From contig CAYVPU010000001.1 of the NCBI GenBank assembly GCA_964453885.1, positions 1 through 42,554 of the forward strand: a DNA stretch of 42,554 nucleotides, read 5' to 3'. The stretch is from an uncultured Anaerolineae bacterium. GTDB lineage: Bacteria; Chloroflexota; Anaerolineae; CAYNKW01. Positions 6,973 to 16,828 of the stretch are shown here, one piece after another (position 1 is the first letter of the stretch; every line of letters starts with the position of its first letter). The translations under genes were made by a program, and so were the position numbers. The notes beneath the pieces are model-generated. The model was not told where the DNA came from and did no database searches. It worked only from the letters and a program-made list of their open reading frames with translations.

Positions 6973-9240
6973 CTACTCTGCCTGCAGTATTCTCAACTCC
7001 TCCTCTGCCTTGCTCTGCCACTCCTCGTCAGGGGCGTTTTCCCACACCATCTTGAAATCGGCGATGGCTGCCTCGGTCTGCCCCAGTTCTTTGTAAATCA
7101 GCCCCCGGCGGTAACGGGGCAGGTACTCGTCGGGATACTCTTTGATGAGCGTGTCCAGGTCACTCAGAGCATCTTCGTCTCTGCCCAGAGCGTGGTAGGC
7201 CAGCGCGCGGTCGAGGTAGGGGCTGTCGTCCTCAAAGTAGGGCCAACGGTAATCCTCGTCTTTGTCTTTCATTACCTCCGTGAAATCAGAGATCGCCTCC
7301 TCGTAGCGCCCGGCAGCAGTGTGCACTCGCCCGCGACCATAGTGCGCGCCGCTGTGCTCTGGTTCCAGCAAGAGAACCCTGTCAAAGTCTTGCAGAGCGG
7401 CGTCCAGGTCGCCCATTTCCAGGAAAGTAGCCGCCCGGTGGTAGTAAAGGTCCAGATTAGTCGGTTCAAGCTGAAGCGCCTCGTCGTAGCAGGCTATGGC
7501 TTGCTCGTACTCGCCCATGGCGTAATAGACGAAACCGAGCATCTCCCAAGCATAGTCGTCGTCTGGGGCTAGTTCCACCGCCTGAGCCAGATCGGACTGC
7601 GCCAGGCCGTATTCATCCCGCCAGAGGTAGAATTCCCCGCGCATCTGCCAGGCCTCGACAAAATCGGGCGCCAGTTCGATGGTCCGATCGAGGTCGGCCA
7701 AAACAAAGTCTTCATCAGCATCGTGGATGTACCAGTCGTAGGTCTGAGCGCGTCTATAGTAGGCTTCCGCGTGATTCGGCTGCAGTTCGATGGCTGTCGT
7801 CAAGTCGCGCAGAGCATCTTCTCCGCGCGCCTGGTCGAGGTAGAGACAGCCACGCTCGTAATAGGCCTCGACCATGTCCGGTTCCAGGGCGATGGCCTGG
7901 GTCAAGTCGGCCTCGGCTTCCGCCTGTTGGCCAACTTGGCAATAGACTACCCCACGCAGGTAATACGCTTTGGCAAAGCCCGGCTCGGCCTCGATGGCCT
8001 GGGAGAGTTCCCGGATCGCCTCCTCAATGTCCCCATCCTCAAAGGCAGCGGCGCCCGCCTCGTAGTGGGCTATCGCCTCGGGCAGTGGGGTAAAGGGTGC
8101 AGCAGGGAGCGCTGTCCCCGTAGCTGGGGAGGTTGGTTGCGGGATTGCGGGCGCAGTGGGAGGCACAACTTTTGTGAGGCTGGCAGTCGTTGACGTGGCG
8201 GCGACCGCGACGGTGGAGAGCGTTGTCGGTTCTGGCTCCCCACCCAGGTTAAGCAGGACGAGCAGCGCTATCGCGATCAGTCCCACGACGATCAGACCCG
8301 CAACTCCTACGAGTGCCCAGTGGTGCATCCGCCTGGGTGTGGGTGTCGGTGCAGCGGCCTCCACCACCAGCTCCGGGGGCTCAGACGGCATCTCGATTGG
8401 CATCTCTATCCTCTTGAGACTGACTTCCAGCGCATCGGCCAGCACGCCTGCTGACTGGTAGCGGTCGTCCGGTGACTTGGCCAGCGCCTTGAGGATGACC
8501 CGTTCCACGTCCGGCGGTATATCGGCACTCACCTGGCGTGGCAGGGGTAACGGCTCGTTGAGATGCTTCAGAACAATCGCTAGCGGTGTATCGGCGTCGT
8601 ATGGCACTTGTCCAGTGACCATCTCGTAAAGGATCACGCCCAGTGAATAGACATCGCTCCGCACATCGCCTGGCTCTCCCTGGCCCTGCTCCGGTGACAT
8701 GTAGGCCGGCGTGCCGACCATAGCGCCAGTGGCAGTGTAGCGTGGGCCTCCCACGATGCTGGCAATGCCAAAGTCGGCCAACACCAGCCGCTCGCCATCA
8801 AACATGATGTTGGCCGGTTTGACGTCGCGGTGGATGCGGCCCTGCCCATGAGCGTAATCCAGTGCATCGCAGAGGGCACGAAATATCTGCGCCACATCTT
8901 CCAGCGACATCCGCTCGTCCTCCGCGTTGAGCCGCCGGAGCCGCGCCTTGAGCGTCTCGCCGCCGATGTATTCCATGACCATGTAATACGTATCGTCTTC
9001 GATGTCGAAATCGTACACCTGCACGATGTGTGGGTGGCGCAACGTCGCCACAGCTTTAGCCTCTCGCTTGAAGCGCCCCACAAAACTCTCGTCCTCGGCC
9101 AGGTAGCCGTGCATCACTTTGACCGCCACGTCCCGTTCCAGGTTAGGCTGGTAAGCGTGGTATACCTCGGCCATGCCGCCGCGTCCCAGCCGCTCGGTAA
9201 GGCGATACTTGCCCAATGTCTTGCCCGCCAAATCTGACAT
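6973..9240 (-). CDS. Ser/Thr protein kinase with transmembrane helix and extracytoplasmic TPR-repeat domain
   Basis: Hanks kinase motifs are present: GRGGMAEVY, HRDVKPANI, DFG, SPE. One TM helix (ALVGVAGLIVVGLIAIALLVLL) is followed by a Pro/Thr-rich linker and then about 8 TPR-like AYYxRG repeats. Confidence 0.9.
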   Translation of the reverse strand: MSDLAGKTLGKYRLTERLGRGGMAEVYHAYQPNLERDVAVKVMHGYLAEDESFVGRFKREAKAVATLRHPHIVQVYDFDIEDDTYYMVMEYIGGETLKARLRRLNAEDERMSLEDVAQIFRALCDALDYAHGQGRIHRDVKPANIMFDGERLVLADFGIASIVGGPRYTATGAMVGTPAYMSPEQGQGEPGDVRSDVYSLGVILYEMVTGQVPYDADTPLAIVLKHLNEPLPLPRQVSADIPPDVERVILKALAKSPDDRYQSAGVLADALEVSLKRIEMPIEMPSEPPELVVEAAAPTPTPRRMHHWALVGVAGLIVVGLIAIALLVLLNLGGEPEPTTLSTVAVAATSTTASLTKVVPPTAPAIPQPTSPATGTALPAAPFTPLPEAIAHYEAGAAAFEDGDIEEAIRELSQAIEAEPGFAKAYYLRGVVYCQVGQQAEAEADLTQAIALEPDMVEAYYERGCLYLDQARGEDALRDLTTAIELQPNHAEAYYRRAQTYDWYIHDADEDFVLADLDRTIELAPDFVEAWQMRGEFYLWRDEYGLAQSDLAQAVELAPDDDYAWEMLGFVYYAMGEYEQAIACYDEALQLEPTNLDLYYHRAATFLEMGDLDAALQDFDRVLLLEPEHSGAHYGRGRVHTAAGRYEEAISDFTEVMKDKDEDYRWPYFEDDSPYLDRALAYHALGRDEDALSDLDTLIKEYPDEYLPRYRRGLIYKELGQTEAAIADFKMVWENAPDEEWQSKAEEELRILQAE

Positions 9241-9371
9241 CGCAATCCCTCCTGGTGTACCCTATCTACAACCCCACGCTTTCATTATACCATATTTTGG
9301 GAATGTGCGCACTGAACTTGTTTTGCTCCGAAACCTGTGCTATAATTACTGCCACTGGCAAAGGACTGGGC

Positions 9372-10922
9372 ATGGAGGCAACGAAAACGCGGGGCAAAAT
9401 CATTAGCACCCTCCGAGATCGTCGGCGCATTGAGGAGACCATTCGCCGCCTGGCCTGTATCTCTGGGTCGGCAGAAGCAGAATGGGAAGCAAGGTGCGTC
9501 GCTGATATGGGAGATCAGGTCATCCCGGCCCTCACTGGCCTGTTGGATACCTCCGACCCCCGACTCCTCGGAGCCATTGGCCTCGTCGCGACATGCCTGG
9601 ATCACAAAGAGATTGCCCTGGCATTGCGAGATGTGGCCATCTGGTCGGACCGCTCGGATCGCGCCCGCATATCTGCGCTGCTCATCCTGGAAAAATTCCT
9701 GGACGAGGAGATGGACGACTCGCTGTACCAGGGGCTGGAATCGCCTGAAACAGTGGTAGCGCAGTCGCTGGTAGAAATGACCGAGCATGCTATCCGCGAC
9801 CGGGGCATCCTGCACGAATACGTCCGGGCCACTGAACAGCAACCGGACGACGTGATTGAGTTGATTGTTGACATCACGTTTGACCTGGGGCCAGAACGAG
9901 CGGTGATGCCCTTCTGGGCGTTGGCTCAAAGCAAACGTCAGGACGTGGCCGAATCGGCTCTGCATCGCATGGGCAGCCTGCGGTCGCCTGACTCAGGGAT
10001 CATGCTGCAAGCCCTGCTGCCGACGCTTGCGCCAGCGCGACATGCTTTGGTGGAACGCTCCCTCCGCAAACTGCGGTTCAGTAGCGTGGACGTGCCACCG
10101 TTGCCCTCGCCGCAACCAGCGTGGCGGGCATTGATCAGCCCCGTGGACGGCCAGGGCTCGCAAAGCATCTGGTTCTCGCTCGATCCCCAGCAAGACGCGC
10201 CAACCCGCGTCTTGAGAGTGTTAGTCAACGATCTTGCCGGCGTCCAAGGTGCGGCCTGGGACCGGAATGGCGAATTGGCGAAATATCTGCCGCCGAAACA
10301 ATCCCTGGGCACAGTTCATCACGTTGCCCTTCCTGGCGCGTCCACGGCGTTATCCTTGTTGGAGACGACGTTCGACACCGGGCGGCGACTGGTGCAGGAA
10401 GCCTTGGCCATCAACCATGACAAGGATCAGGTTCCACCCCTGGGCTATGCCGTGTTGAGCGATACCCTATGGAAGTGGATGGGTAACCAACTGGCCGAGC
10501 GTCCCTCGATTGAGCAACCCTCGGAAGCGGAGGTGGTCGCTCTTTGTTCCCGCACGGCCGACCTGCTGAGCCACCCGGCGTTTGAAACCTGGTTTGTTCA
10601 GAGCGAAGCGGTATTGAACGTGGCCAGGAGGTTCGGTTTGTGGACGTTGTTTCACGGGCCGCCAGGGAAGAACCCAATGGTGAATGACTTGATTCGCCAT
10701 CACTTTTCGACGGAGGGCATCGCGCGCTATCGCCGCCGGCTGGAGAGAACGGCCGAGTGGTTATGGCTGGCCGGCGAGAAAGAAACCGCCCGGCTGGCCC
10801 TGGTCGCTGCCCTCACGCTGAAAGAGAGCGCACCGGAAAACCATCCATTGGCCCAGCGCATGGTGCAAGTGGGCCTGGCCTTTGCCATCCAGAGTCTGGC
10901 TTTAGACCCCAATCAACAATAG
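9372..10922 (+). CDS. Hypothetical protein (helical-repeat-like, no recognised catalytic motif)
   Basis: ORF track 9216..10922. A 9216 start would overlap the divergent kinase start and its promoter region. ATG at 9372 (MEATKTRGK) lies downstream of a TTGTTT-17-TATAAT candidate promoter (9318..9346). The sequence is Leu/Ala-rich and helical in character. Confidence 0.6.
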   Translation: MEATKTRGKIISTLRDRRRIEETIRRLACISGSAEAEWEARCVADMGDQVIPALTGLLDTSDPRLLGAIGLVATCLDHKEIALALRDVAIWSDRSDRARISALLILEKFLDEEMDDSLYQGLESPETVVAQSLVEMTEHAIRDRGILHEYVRATEQQPDDVIELIVDITFDLGPERAVMPFWALAQSKRQDVAESALHRMGSLRSPDSGIMLQALLPTLAPARHALVERSLRKLRFSSVDVPPLPSPQPAWRALISPVDGQGSQSIWFSLDPQQDAPTRVLRVLVNDLAGVQGAAWDRNGELAKYLPPKQSLGTVHHVALPGASTALSLLETTFDTGRRLVQEALAINHDKDQVPPLGYAVLSDTLWKWMGNQLAERPSIEQPSEAEVVALCSRTADLLSHPAFETWFVQSEAVLNVARRFGLWTLFHGPPGKNPMVNDLIRHHFSTEGIARYRRRLERTAEWLWLAGEKETARLALVAALTLKESAPENHPLAQRMVQVGLAFAIQSLALDPNQQ

Positions 10923-11010
10923 CTGGCACTTGGACATTGGCTGTTTAGACGATTAGCGCCTCTGCAACAATGCAGGGGCCCTCAACATCCAAGACAGGAG
11001 ATCAAGCAAT

Positions 11011-11205
11011 ATGTTTGGAAGTCTGGGTACACCGGAGCTATTACTCATTCTGGCGATCGTCCTCCTCATCTTCGGCGTAGGCAAGTTGCCGCAGTTGGGC
11101 AAGGGACTGGGACAGAGCATCCGCGAGTTCCGCGCCAGTCTTGCTGGAGAGGACGAAGAGGAGAAAGACAAAGATCGAGTAGAGGAGGAAGAAGCCACCA
11201 ACTAG
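11011..11205 (+). CDS. tatA: Twin-arginine translocase subunit TatA/E
   Basis: 64 aa. N-terminal TM helix with the FGxGKLPxLGKxLG hinge motif (IFGVGKLPQLGKGLG) and an acidic C-terminal tail. Confidence 0.9.
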   Translation: MFGSLGTPELLLILAIVLLIFGVGKLPQLGKGLGQSIREFRASLAGEDEEEKDKDRVEEEEATN

Positions 11206-11223
11206 ACTCCCTGATGGTCGCCT

Positions 11224-13614
11224 CTATTTAGACGCTAACCGGACCACTGTGACACCTGTTCCACCCTCTCCCTCCTCACCGCTGCGGAACGAGGCCACCA
11301 AAGCGTGGCCGGGTAGCGCGTCGCGCACTGCCTTGCGGAGCGCCCCGCTTCCCTTGCCGTGGACGATGCGCACCCAGGGCAACCCTGCTAGAAAGGCACT
11401 GTTCAAATACTCCTCCAGCCGGGCCAGCGCGTCGGCTACGCGGTAGCCGCGCAAGTGCAACTCTATGCCCGGTGAAGGCGCTGGCGGGAGCGAAACTGCC
11501 TTTGCAGCCGATGGCAACCTGGGAATGACAGGCTGGTCACGCAATTCCACGTCCTCTGGGCGTACCCGCACGTGGAAGCGTCCGATCTGCACCTCTACGC
11601 CATCTTTTGCCAATTCCAGCACCTCGCCGTCCACACCCAGCCCGGCGACGAGCACCGTATCGCCCACCTGCAAGGGTCGCCGGGGCAAGACCTGGGGCCT
11701 GGGCGGAGGTGGTGGGACGGGCAGGCTCTCGTCCAACGCCTGGACCTCCGCCTCGATCTGGCGCAGTGGTTCCTGGATGGCAGTCGCTGTTGCCATCCGG
11801 CCGCGCAGACGGCGTATCTCCTGCCGTACCTGGGCCAGTTCCTCCTGCGCCTCGGCTCGCGTCGCCTCCAGGACTTTCCACCGTTCTTCCTCAAAGCCCG
11901 CCAGCCGGTTCTCCAATCTGCAGGCCGCCGCCTCGGCCGCCTGGCGAGCAGCCTGGGCCTCTTTGTGCGCCTCCGACGTCGCCTCGCGGTGGGTCTTTAT
12001 CTCCTGCAGCATATCCTCAGCCGCCAGCTCGTCGGTGGAAAGATGGCTACGTGCGTTCTCGATAATAGCTGGCGGCAAGCCCAGTCGGGTGGCAATGGCA
12101 AGTGCATTAGAGCGGCCAGGCAAGCCAATGGTCAATTCATAGGTCGGAGAGAGCGTCTCCACGTCGAACTCGACGCTGGCGTTTTCCACTCCGGGCGTGG
12201 TGTGAGCATAGGCTTTTAGCTCAGCAAAGTGCGTGGCCACAAAGGTTGTGACGCCTCGCCGGAGCAGGTGCGCCAGGATAGCCTGGGCCAGCGCTGCGCC
12301 TTCCACCGGGTCGGTGCCAGCGCCCAGTTCGTCCAGCAACACCAGAGATCGCTCGTTTGCCCCGTCGAGGAGGCGGATGATGTTGGTCAGATGGGCAGAG
12401 AAGGTGGAGAGCGATTGCTCAATGGATTGCTCGTCGCCGATGTCAGTGCATACGCTCTCGAAAACAGAAATGACCGAATCTTCGCGGGCCGGGATGTGTA
12501 ATCCGGCCTGGGCCATAAACGTGAGCAGGCCTACCGTCTTTAACGTCACCGTCTTGCCGCCGGTGTTGGGGCCAGTGATGACGACGATGTAATAATCCTC
12601 ATCCAGGTGCACGTCTACCGGCACCACTGTTGCCTGATCCAGAAGCGGGTGACGCGCCTTGATCAATCGTAAGACTGAGCCAGGATGACGAGAAGGTGCA
12701 TCGGTGGCAGGTGGCGGCTCCCTGAAAGGCATCAACTGGGCTTCAGTCGCATTGAGGTCCTCAGCGTAGCGGGCCTTGGCAAAGGCCAGATCCAGTTCCG
12801 CCAGCGCCTCCACGGTGCACGCGACGAACGGCGCTTCCTCGGCCACCTGTGCCGAGAGTTGCGCCAGGATGCGTTCTACCTCGCGCACCTCCTCCAGTTC
12901 CAGCTCCCGCCATCGGTTATTCAGTCCCACCGTAGCCAACGGCTCGATAAACAGCGTCGCGCCGCTGCTAGACTGATCGTGGACGATGCCAGGAATGCGC
13001 CCCTTAAAGTTGGTCTTGAGTGGGATGACGTAGCGACCGTGTCGCTGCGTGACCAGAGCCTCCTGCAAATAGGCCGCGTTGTTCGGTGAGGCCAGGATAC
13101 GGTTCAAGCGGTCCATCAGCCGGTCGTAGGCGATTTTCAGTTCGCTGCGGATGCGGGCCAGTTGCGGGCTGGCGTTGTCCACCACCTCGCCGCGATTGCC
13201 GAGGCAGCGTTGGATCTCGCTCACCACGCCCCGACACTCCTCGATGCGACTGGCCAACGCTGCCAGGCGTGGAAACTGGTCAGCCGTTCGGGCCAGGTTT
13301 CTTTTCAGCTTCCGGCCGCTCAACAGCGTCCCGGCGATCTCGAGCAGATCCGTGGGCAACAACGTCGCACCTCGGACCGCTGCCTCTACGCTGGGACGCA
13401 CGTCCCTGGCTCCTCCCACGCCTATCGTTCCCTGGACGTCCCAAAGCCGCCGCGCTTCGCTGGTCTCCTGCTGGCGGGCCCGCGCCTCGTCCAGATTAGT
13501 CACAGGGCGCAAAGCGTGGGCAAGTTCCCGCCCAGCAGAAAAGTCGGTGTATTCAGCCAGACGGGCCAGTATCTTGGGGAATTCCAAGGTTTCCAGGTAC
13601 TTTTCGTCCATCAT
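11224..13614 (-). CDS. mutS2: Endonuclease MutS2 (MutS domain plus C-terminal Smr domain)
   Basis: Walker A GPNTGGKT, a long coiled-coil region, and a C-terminal Smr-like LHLRGYRVADAL...IVHGKGSGALR. The start is set at the MMDEKYLETLEF ATG pair (13614/13611) rather than the ORF-track 13725. Confidence 0.9.
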   Translation of the reverse strand: MMDEKYLETLEFPKILARLAEYTDFSAGRELAHALRPVTNLDEARARQQETSEARRLWDVQGTIGVGGARDVRPSVEAAVRGATLLPTDLLEIAGTLLSGRKLKRNLARTADQFPRLAALASRIEECRGVVSEIQRCLGNRGEVVDNASPQLARIRSELKIAYDRLMDRLNRILASPNNAAYLQEALVTQRHGRYVIPLKTNFKGRIPGIVHDQSSSGATLFIEPLATVGLNNRWRELELEEVREVERILAQLSAQVAEEAPFVACTVEALAELDLAFAKARYAEDLNATEAQLMPFREPPPATDAPSRHPGSVLRLIKARHPLLDQATVVPVDVHLDEDYYIVVITGPNTGGKTVTLKTVGLLTFMAQAGLHIPAREDSVISVFESVCTDIGDEQSIEQSLSTFSAHLTNIIRLLDGANERSLVLLDELGAGTDPVEGAALAQAILAHLLRRGVTTFVATHFAELKAYAHTTPGVENASVEFDVETLSPTYELTIGLPGRSNALAIATRLGLPPAIIENARSHLSTDELAAEDMLQEIKTHREATSEAHKEAQAARQAAEAAACRLENRLAGFEEERWKVLEATRAEAQEELAQVRQEIRRLRGRMATATAIQEPLRQIEAEVQALDESLPVPPPPPRPQVLPRRPLQVGDTVLVAGLGVDGEVLELAKDGVEVQIGRFHVRVRPEDVELRDQPVIPRLPSAAKAVSLPPAPSPGIELHLRGYRVADALARLEEYLNSAFLAGLPWVRIVHGKGSGALRKAVRDALPGHALVASFRSGEEGEGGTGVTVVRLASK

Positions 13615-13737
13615 CGTCCCGTTGATAGTAGGGGCGAGGCAAGTCGGAGAGTGGGTTGTTTGCTTCGACATTGTCAATTCGACTTGCCTCGCCCTTACTT
13701 CTGTGAGAGCAAAAGAGGGTGACAAGGGAGAAGCTGA

Positions 13738-14289
13738 TTAGAGGGGAGTAGCAAAGATTTCGGGCAATCCACCGGGTATCCAAGGAGCAACGGTGTACAG
13801 GCCCAGCCGGAAAGCATAGTGGAAAACGGTGAGCATGACAGAGTTATTGACTAGCGTCACGAGTGTGCGCCCAAATTCTTCAGCCCCAATCCAGGGTGCA
13901 TGGCCAATGACGTTAAGCGCCGTGCCGGCCAATCCCAACCAGAAAACCGACGTAGCAAAGCCCAGCACCAGCCCTCCTGTCTGGTTCACCAAAGGAGGGA
14001 GCTTTTTTACCCAACTGACATTTTTTTCAATGTCGCGGCACACGAAACTCAGAACGTTCAGCACAATGATCAGAACCGTCATGAAGCCCAGTATGTTAGC
14101 TGCTGACCACGTAAGAGAAGGGAACAAAGCCTTGAACCCACGGCCGAAAAGGCGGTACGCCCACACCCCCACTACCATAGAGATGTAAATGGAGATCAAA
14201 CCCATGGCTTGCTGAGCCAGGCCACGCACAAAGCCGATCAGGACTCCCACAGCCAGCCCCAGTGATAAGATCAGGTCCACAACAATCAA
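13738..14289 (-). CDS. cvpA: CvpA-family membrane protein
   Basis: 183 aa with four hydrophobic helices. TTG start with GGAGG 6 nt upstream. The position directly upstream of mutS2 is a common cvpA-mutS2 arrangement. Confidence 0.75.
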   Translation of the reverse strand: MIVVDLILSLGLAVGVLIGFVRGLAQQAMGLISIYISMVVGVWAYRLFGRGFKALFPSLTWSAANILGFMTVLIIVLNVLSFVCRDIEKNVSWVKKLPPLVNQTGGLVLGFATSVFWLGLAGTALNVIGHAPWIGAEEFGRTLVTLVNNSVMLTVFHYAFRLGLYTVAPWIPGGLPEIFATPL

Positions 14290-14412
14290 GACACACCTCC
14301 TTCAAACAAAAAGTATAGCACATTCTGGTCAAAAGGCAAAAACGTCGAGCTTTTGCGTTGTTTGACAAATGTGGTACAATTGGACAACCACAACGTAAGA
14401 CAAGGAACTCTC

Positions 14413-15078
14413 ATGCTCAATCGCACTTTTCATTGGACCTTGGCGCTGGTCCTGGTTTTCCTGATCCTGGCCCTGCCGGCTTGCGGCAAGACAGGAGGAC
14501 AAAACGCTCCCACTACTGTCTTTACCGGGCCGCAGCTTCTCTTCGAAGACGAGTTTAGCGACGAAACCTCTGGCTGGCTGGAAGCCACCGACGTCGAAGC
14601 CAGCCAGGGCTATCGCAACGATCAATTCTTCTTTGAGATTCGGGCCCCAGACCTCATCGCCTGGGACAATCCCGGTGGCAATTTTCAGGATTTTGTCCTG
14701 GAGGTCGAGGCCAGACAGGTGTCCGGCGCTGCGGGAAACTCTTACGGCGTGTTGCTTCGCTACATAGACGATGGCAATTTCTATCGCTTCGATCTGACCG
14801 GCGATGGCTACTATGCCGTCTCCAAATCGGAGTACAGAGAGTGGAACATCCTGGTAGATTGGCAAGAGTCAGCGCACGTCAAACCGCTGGGAGAGGTGAA
14901 CCTCATAAAAGTCGTTTGCCAGGGGCCCAGGATGACCTTTTACGTCAACGATCAGGAGCTGGTCAGTGTAGAGGATAGTTCCTTCGAGCGCGGCGATGTG
15001 GGCCTGTTCGCCAGCACTTTTGCCAATCCCAACATTGAGGCCGAGTTCGACAACCTGGAAATCTGGGAGCCCGAATAG
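14413..15078 (+). CDS. Putative lipoprotein with concanavalin-A-like/LamG-like beta-sandwich domain
   Basis: Start set at ATG 14413. Signal peptide MLNRTFHWTLALVLVFLILALPAC has a lipobox-like LPAC. The mature part (GNSYGVLLRYIDDGNFYRFDL, MTFYVNDQELV, GDVGLFAS) resembles lectin/glucanase-fold domains. Confidence 0.65.
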   Translation: MLNRTFHWTLALVLVFLILALPACGKTGGQNAPTTVFTGPQLLFEDEFSDETSGWLEATDVEASQGYRNDQFFFEIRAPDLIAWDNPGGNFQDFVLEVEARQVSGAAGNSYGVLLRYIDDGNFYRFDLTGDGYYAVSKSEYREWNILVDWQESAHVKPLGEVNLIKVVCQGPRMTFYVNDQELVSVEDSSFERGDVGLFASTFANPNIEAEFDNLEIWEPE

Positions 15079-15096
15079 GGGATAGCTGTGTGCCGC

Positions 15097-15124
15097 TTGA
15101 CAGGAACAGCGAGGCGGCTATAAT
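15097..15124 (+). promoter_or_regulatory. Consensus sigma-70-type promoter upstream of ogt
   Basis: TTGACA (15097..15102), 16-nt spacer, TATAAT (15119..15124). It lies 43 nt before the ogt start. Confidence 0.55.
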
Positions 15125-15166
15125 AATAGGAGTACAGACAACCATAGGGAGAGGGGAAGGCGCAAT

Positions 15167-15670
15167 TTGGCTCAAGTCATTATTGGAGTATGCGAGACAG
15201 CTTTTGGCTGGGTCGGTATCGCGCGCTCACCTCGGGGCTTGTTGGCTCTGACCCTTCCCAGGCCAGATGAAGAAGCGGCACTGCGACCCCTGCTGGATCG
15301 CTGGGGCTACGACGCCCAACGGGACGACGTAACTCTGGGCAATCTGCAGGAAAAGCTGCGCTGCTATTTTGATGGTCAACCAGTTTCCTTTGACGAGCCA
15401 CTAGACATGAGCTTCGCCACCGACTTTCAGCGACGTGTGTGGAAGGTGACGCGCCGTATCCCCCGGGGTCAGACGATGACCTATGGCGAAATCGCCCGCC
15501 AGATTAAATCACCCCGAGCGGCCCGCGCCGTGGGTCAGGCAATGGCCCGCAACCCGTGGCCGGTGATCGTGCCCTGCCACCGCGTGGTGGGCCATGACGG
15601 TCAGTTGACCGGGTTCGGCGGCGGGCTGACTATGAAACAGCGTTTGTTGGAGATGGAAGAGGCAAAGTAG
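15167..15670 (+). CDS. ogt: Methylated-DNA--protein-cysteine methyltransferase
   Basis: Active-site PCHRVVG motif and a TYGEIA helix-turn-helix region. TTG start preceded by a GGGAGAGGGGAAGG purine tract. Confidence 0.9.
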   Translation: MAQVIIGVCETAFGWVGIARSPRGLLALTLPRPDEEAALRPLLDRWGYDAQRDDVTLGNLQEKLRCYFDGQPVSFDEPLDMSFATDFQRRVWKVTRRIPRGQTMTYGEIARQIKSPRAARAVGQAMARNPWPVIVPCHRVVGHDGQLTGFGGGLTMKQRLLEMEEAK

Positions 15671-15683
15671 GAGCGGAGCACGC

Positions 15684-16796
15684 GTGCGCATCGGCATTGA
15701 TGCGCGGTTGGTCTATTACAGCCAGGCCGGCATCGGACAATACATCTTGAGTCTGGCCAAGTGGCTGGCACAGATTGACGGCGCCAACGAATACGTGCTC
15801 TTGCAAAGTCGCAAGGACAACACCACCATCATTGAGCAGGCCAACTTTCGCCGGGTCTCGCTGTGGACGCCTTCGCACCATAGATTCGAGCAACACGCAC
15901 TGCCAGCCGAGATCGCCCGCCTGAGGTTGAACCTGCTCCACAGCCCCGATTTTATTCCGCCTTTCCGGGCGGCTTGCCGCACTGTCATTACCGTTCACGA
16001 CCTGGCTTTCCTGCTTTTTCCCCAATTTCTGACCAAAGAGAGCGCGCGCTATTATGGGCAGATCGATCAGGCTGTGCGCCAGGCCGACCATATCATCGCC
16101 GATTCAGAAAGCACACGGTGGGACATCCTCCGCTTGTTGGGTGCCCCGCCTGATAAAGTCAGTGTCGTCCACCTGGCGGCCAACCCCATCTACCGGCCCA
16201 TTCCCCTGGCCCACGCTCGCCAGCGAGTGGCAGAAAGGTTCGGCCTCACCGGCGATTTCATCCTGTTCGTCAGCACTATTGAACCACGCAAGAACCTGCC
16301 CACCTTGCTGCGAGCCTATCGTCAATTGCTGGATGCCTACAAGCTGGACGTGGGGCTGGCCCTGGTCGGCAGAGAGGGGTGGCTCTACGACGAGATCCCG
16401 CCATTGGTCGAGGAGTTGCGCTTGACCGACCGGGCACGCTTCCTGGGTCGCGTGCCCATTGAGGACTTGCTGCACCTCTATAACGCGGCCGGCCTGCTGG
16501 CCCATCCGGCTCTTTACGAAGGGTTCGGCCTGACACCGTTAGAGGCGATGGCCTGCGGCACGCCGGTTGTCGTCTCCAACACATCGTCGCTGCCGGAGGT
16601 GACGGGCGACGCCGGGCTGCTCATCGAACCAGAAGACGTGGATGCCTGGGCCGCTGCCCTCTGGCGCGTCTTTTCCGACGACGACCTGCGCGACGAGTTG
16701 TCGCAGAAGGCCCTGGCTCGCTCGCGCGTTTTCTCCTGGGAGCGCACTGCCCGCCAAACACTGCGCGTCTATGAACAAGTTTTCCAGGACCGCTGA
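15684..16796 (+). CDS. Glycosyltransferase family 4 (GT-B fold)
   Basis: GTG start 13 nt after the ogt stop. The C-terminal half carries the typical GT4 [18 protein letters not shown] motif. Confidence 0.85.
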   Translation: MRIGIDARLVYYSQAGIGQYILSLAKWLAQIDGANEYVLLQSRKDNTTIIEQANFRRVSLWTPSHHRFEQHALPAEIARLRLNLLHSPDFIPPFRAACRTVITVHDLAFLLFPQFLTKESARYYGQIDQAVRQADHIIADSESTRWDILRLLGAPPDKVSVVHLAANPIYRPIPLAHARQRVAERFGLTGDFILFVSTIEPRKNLPTLLRAYRQLLDAYKLDVGLALVGREGWLYDEIPPLVEELRLTDRARFLGRVPIEDLLHLYNAAGLLAHPALYEGFGLTPLEAMACGTPVVVSNTSSLPEVTGDAGLLIEPEDVDAWAAALWRVFSDDDLRDELSQKALARSRVFSWERTARQTLRVYEQVFQDR

Positions 16797-16828
16797 CGCT
16801 CTATCTTGCCGTTCGTAATTTGCCCATC

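Noticed and set aside
9216-9371. Upstream extension of the 9372..10922 gene to ATG 9216
   Set aside because: It would overlap the divergent kinase start codon and both candidate promoters. The extension (MSCPPNLTSQSLLVYPIYNP...) looks like translated intergenic DNA.
11249-13741. Numerous + strand ORFs inside mutS2 (for example 11465..12142, 11572..12219, 13151..13741)
   Set aside because: They are antisense shadows typical of high-GC coding DNA, with Arg/Ala/Ser/Pro-rich translations. The minus-strand frame has clear MutS2 and Smr motifs.
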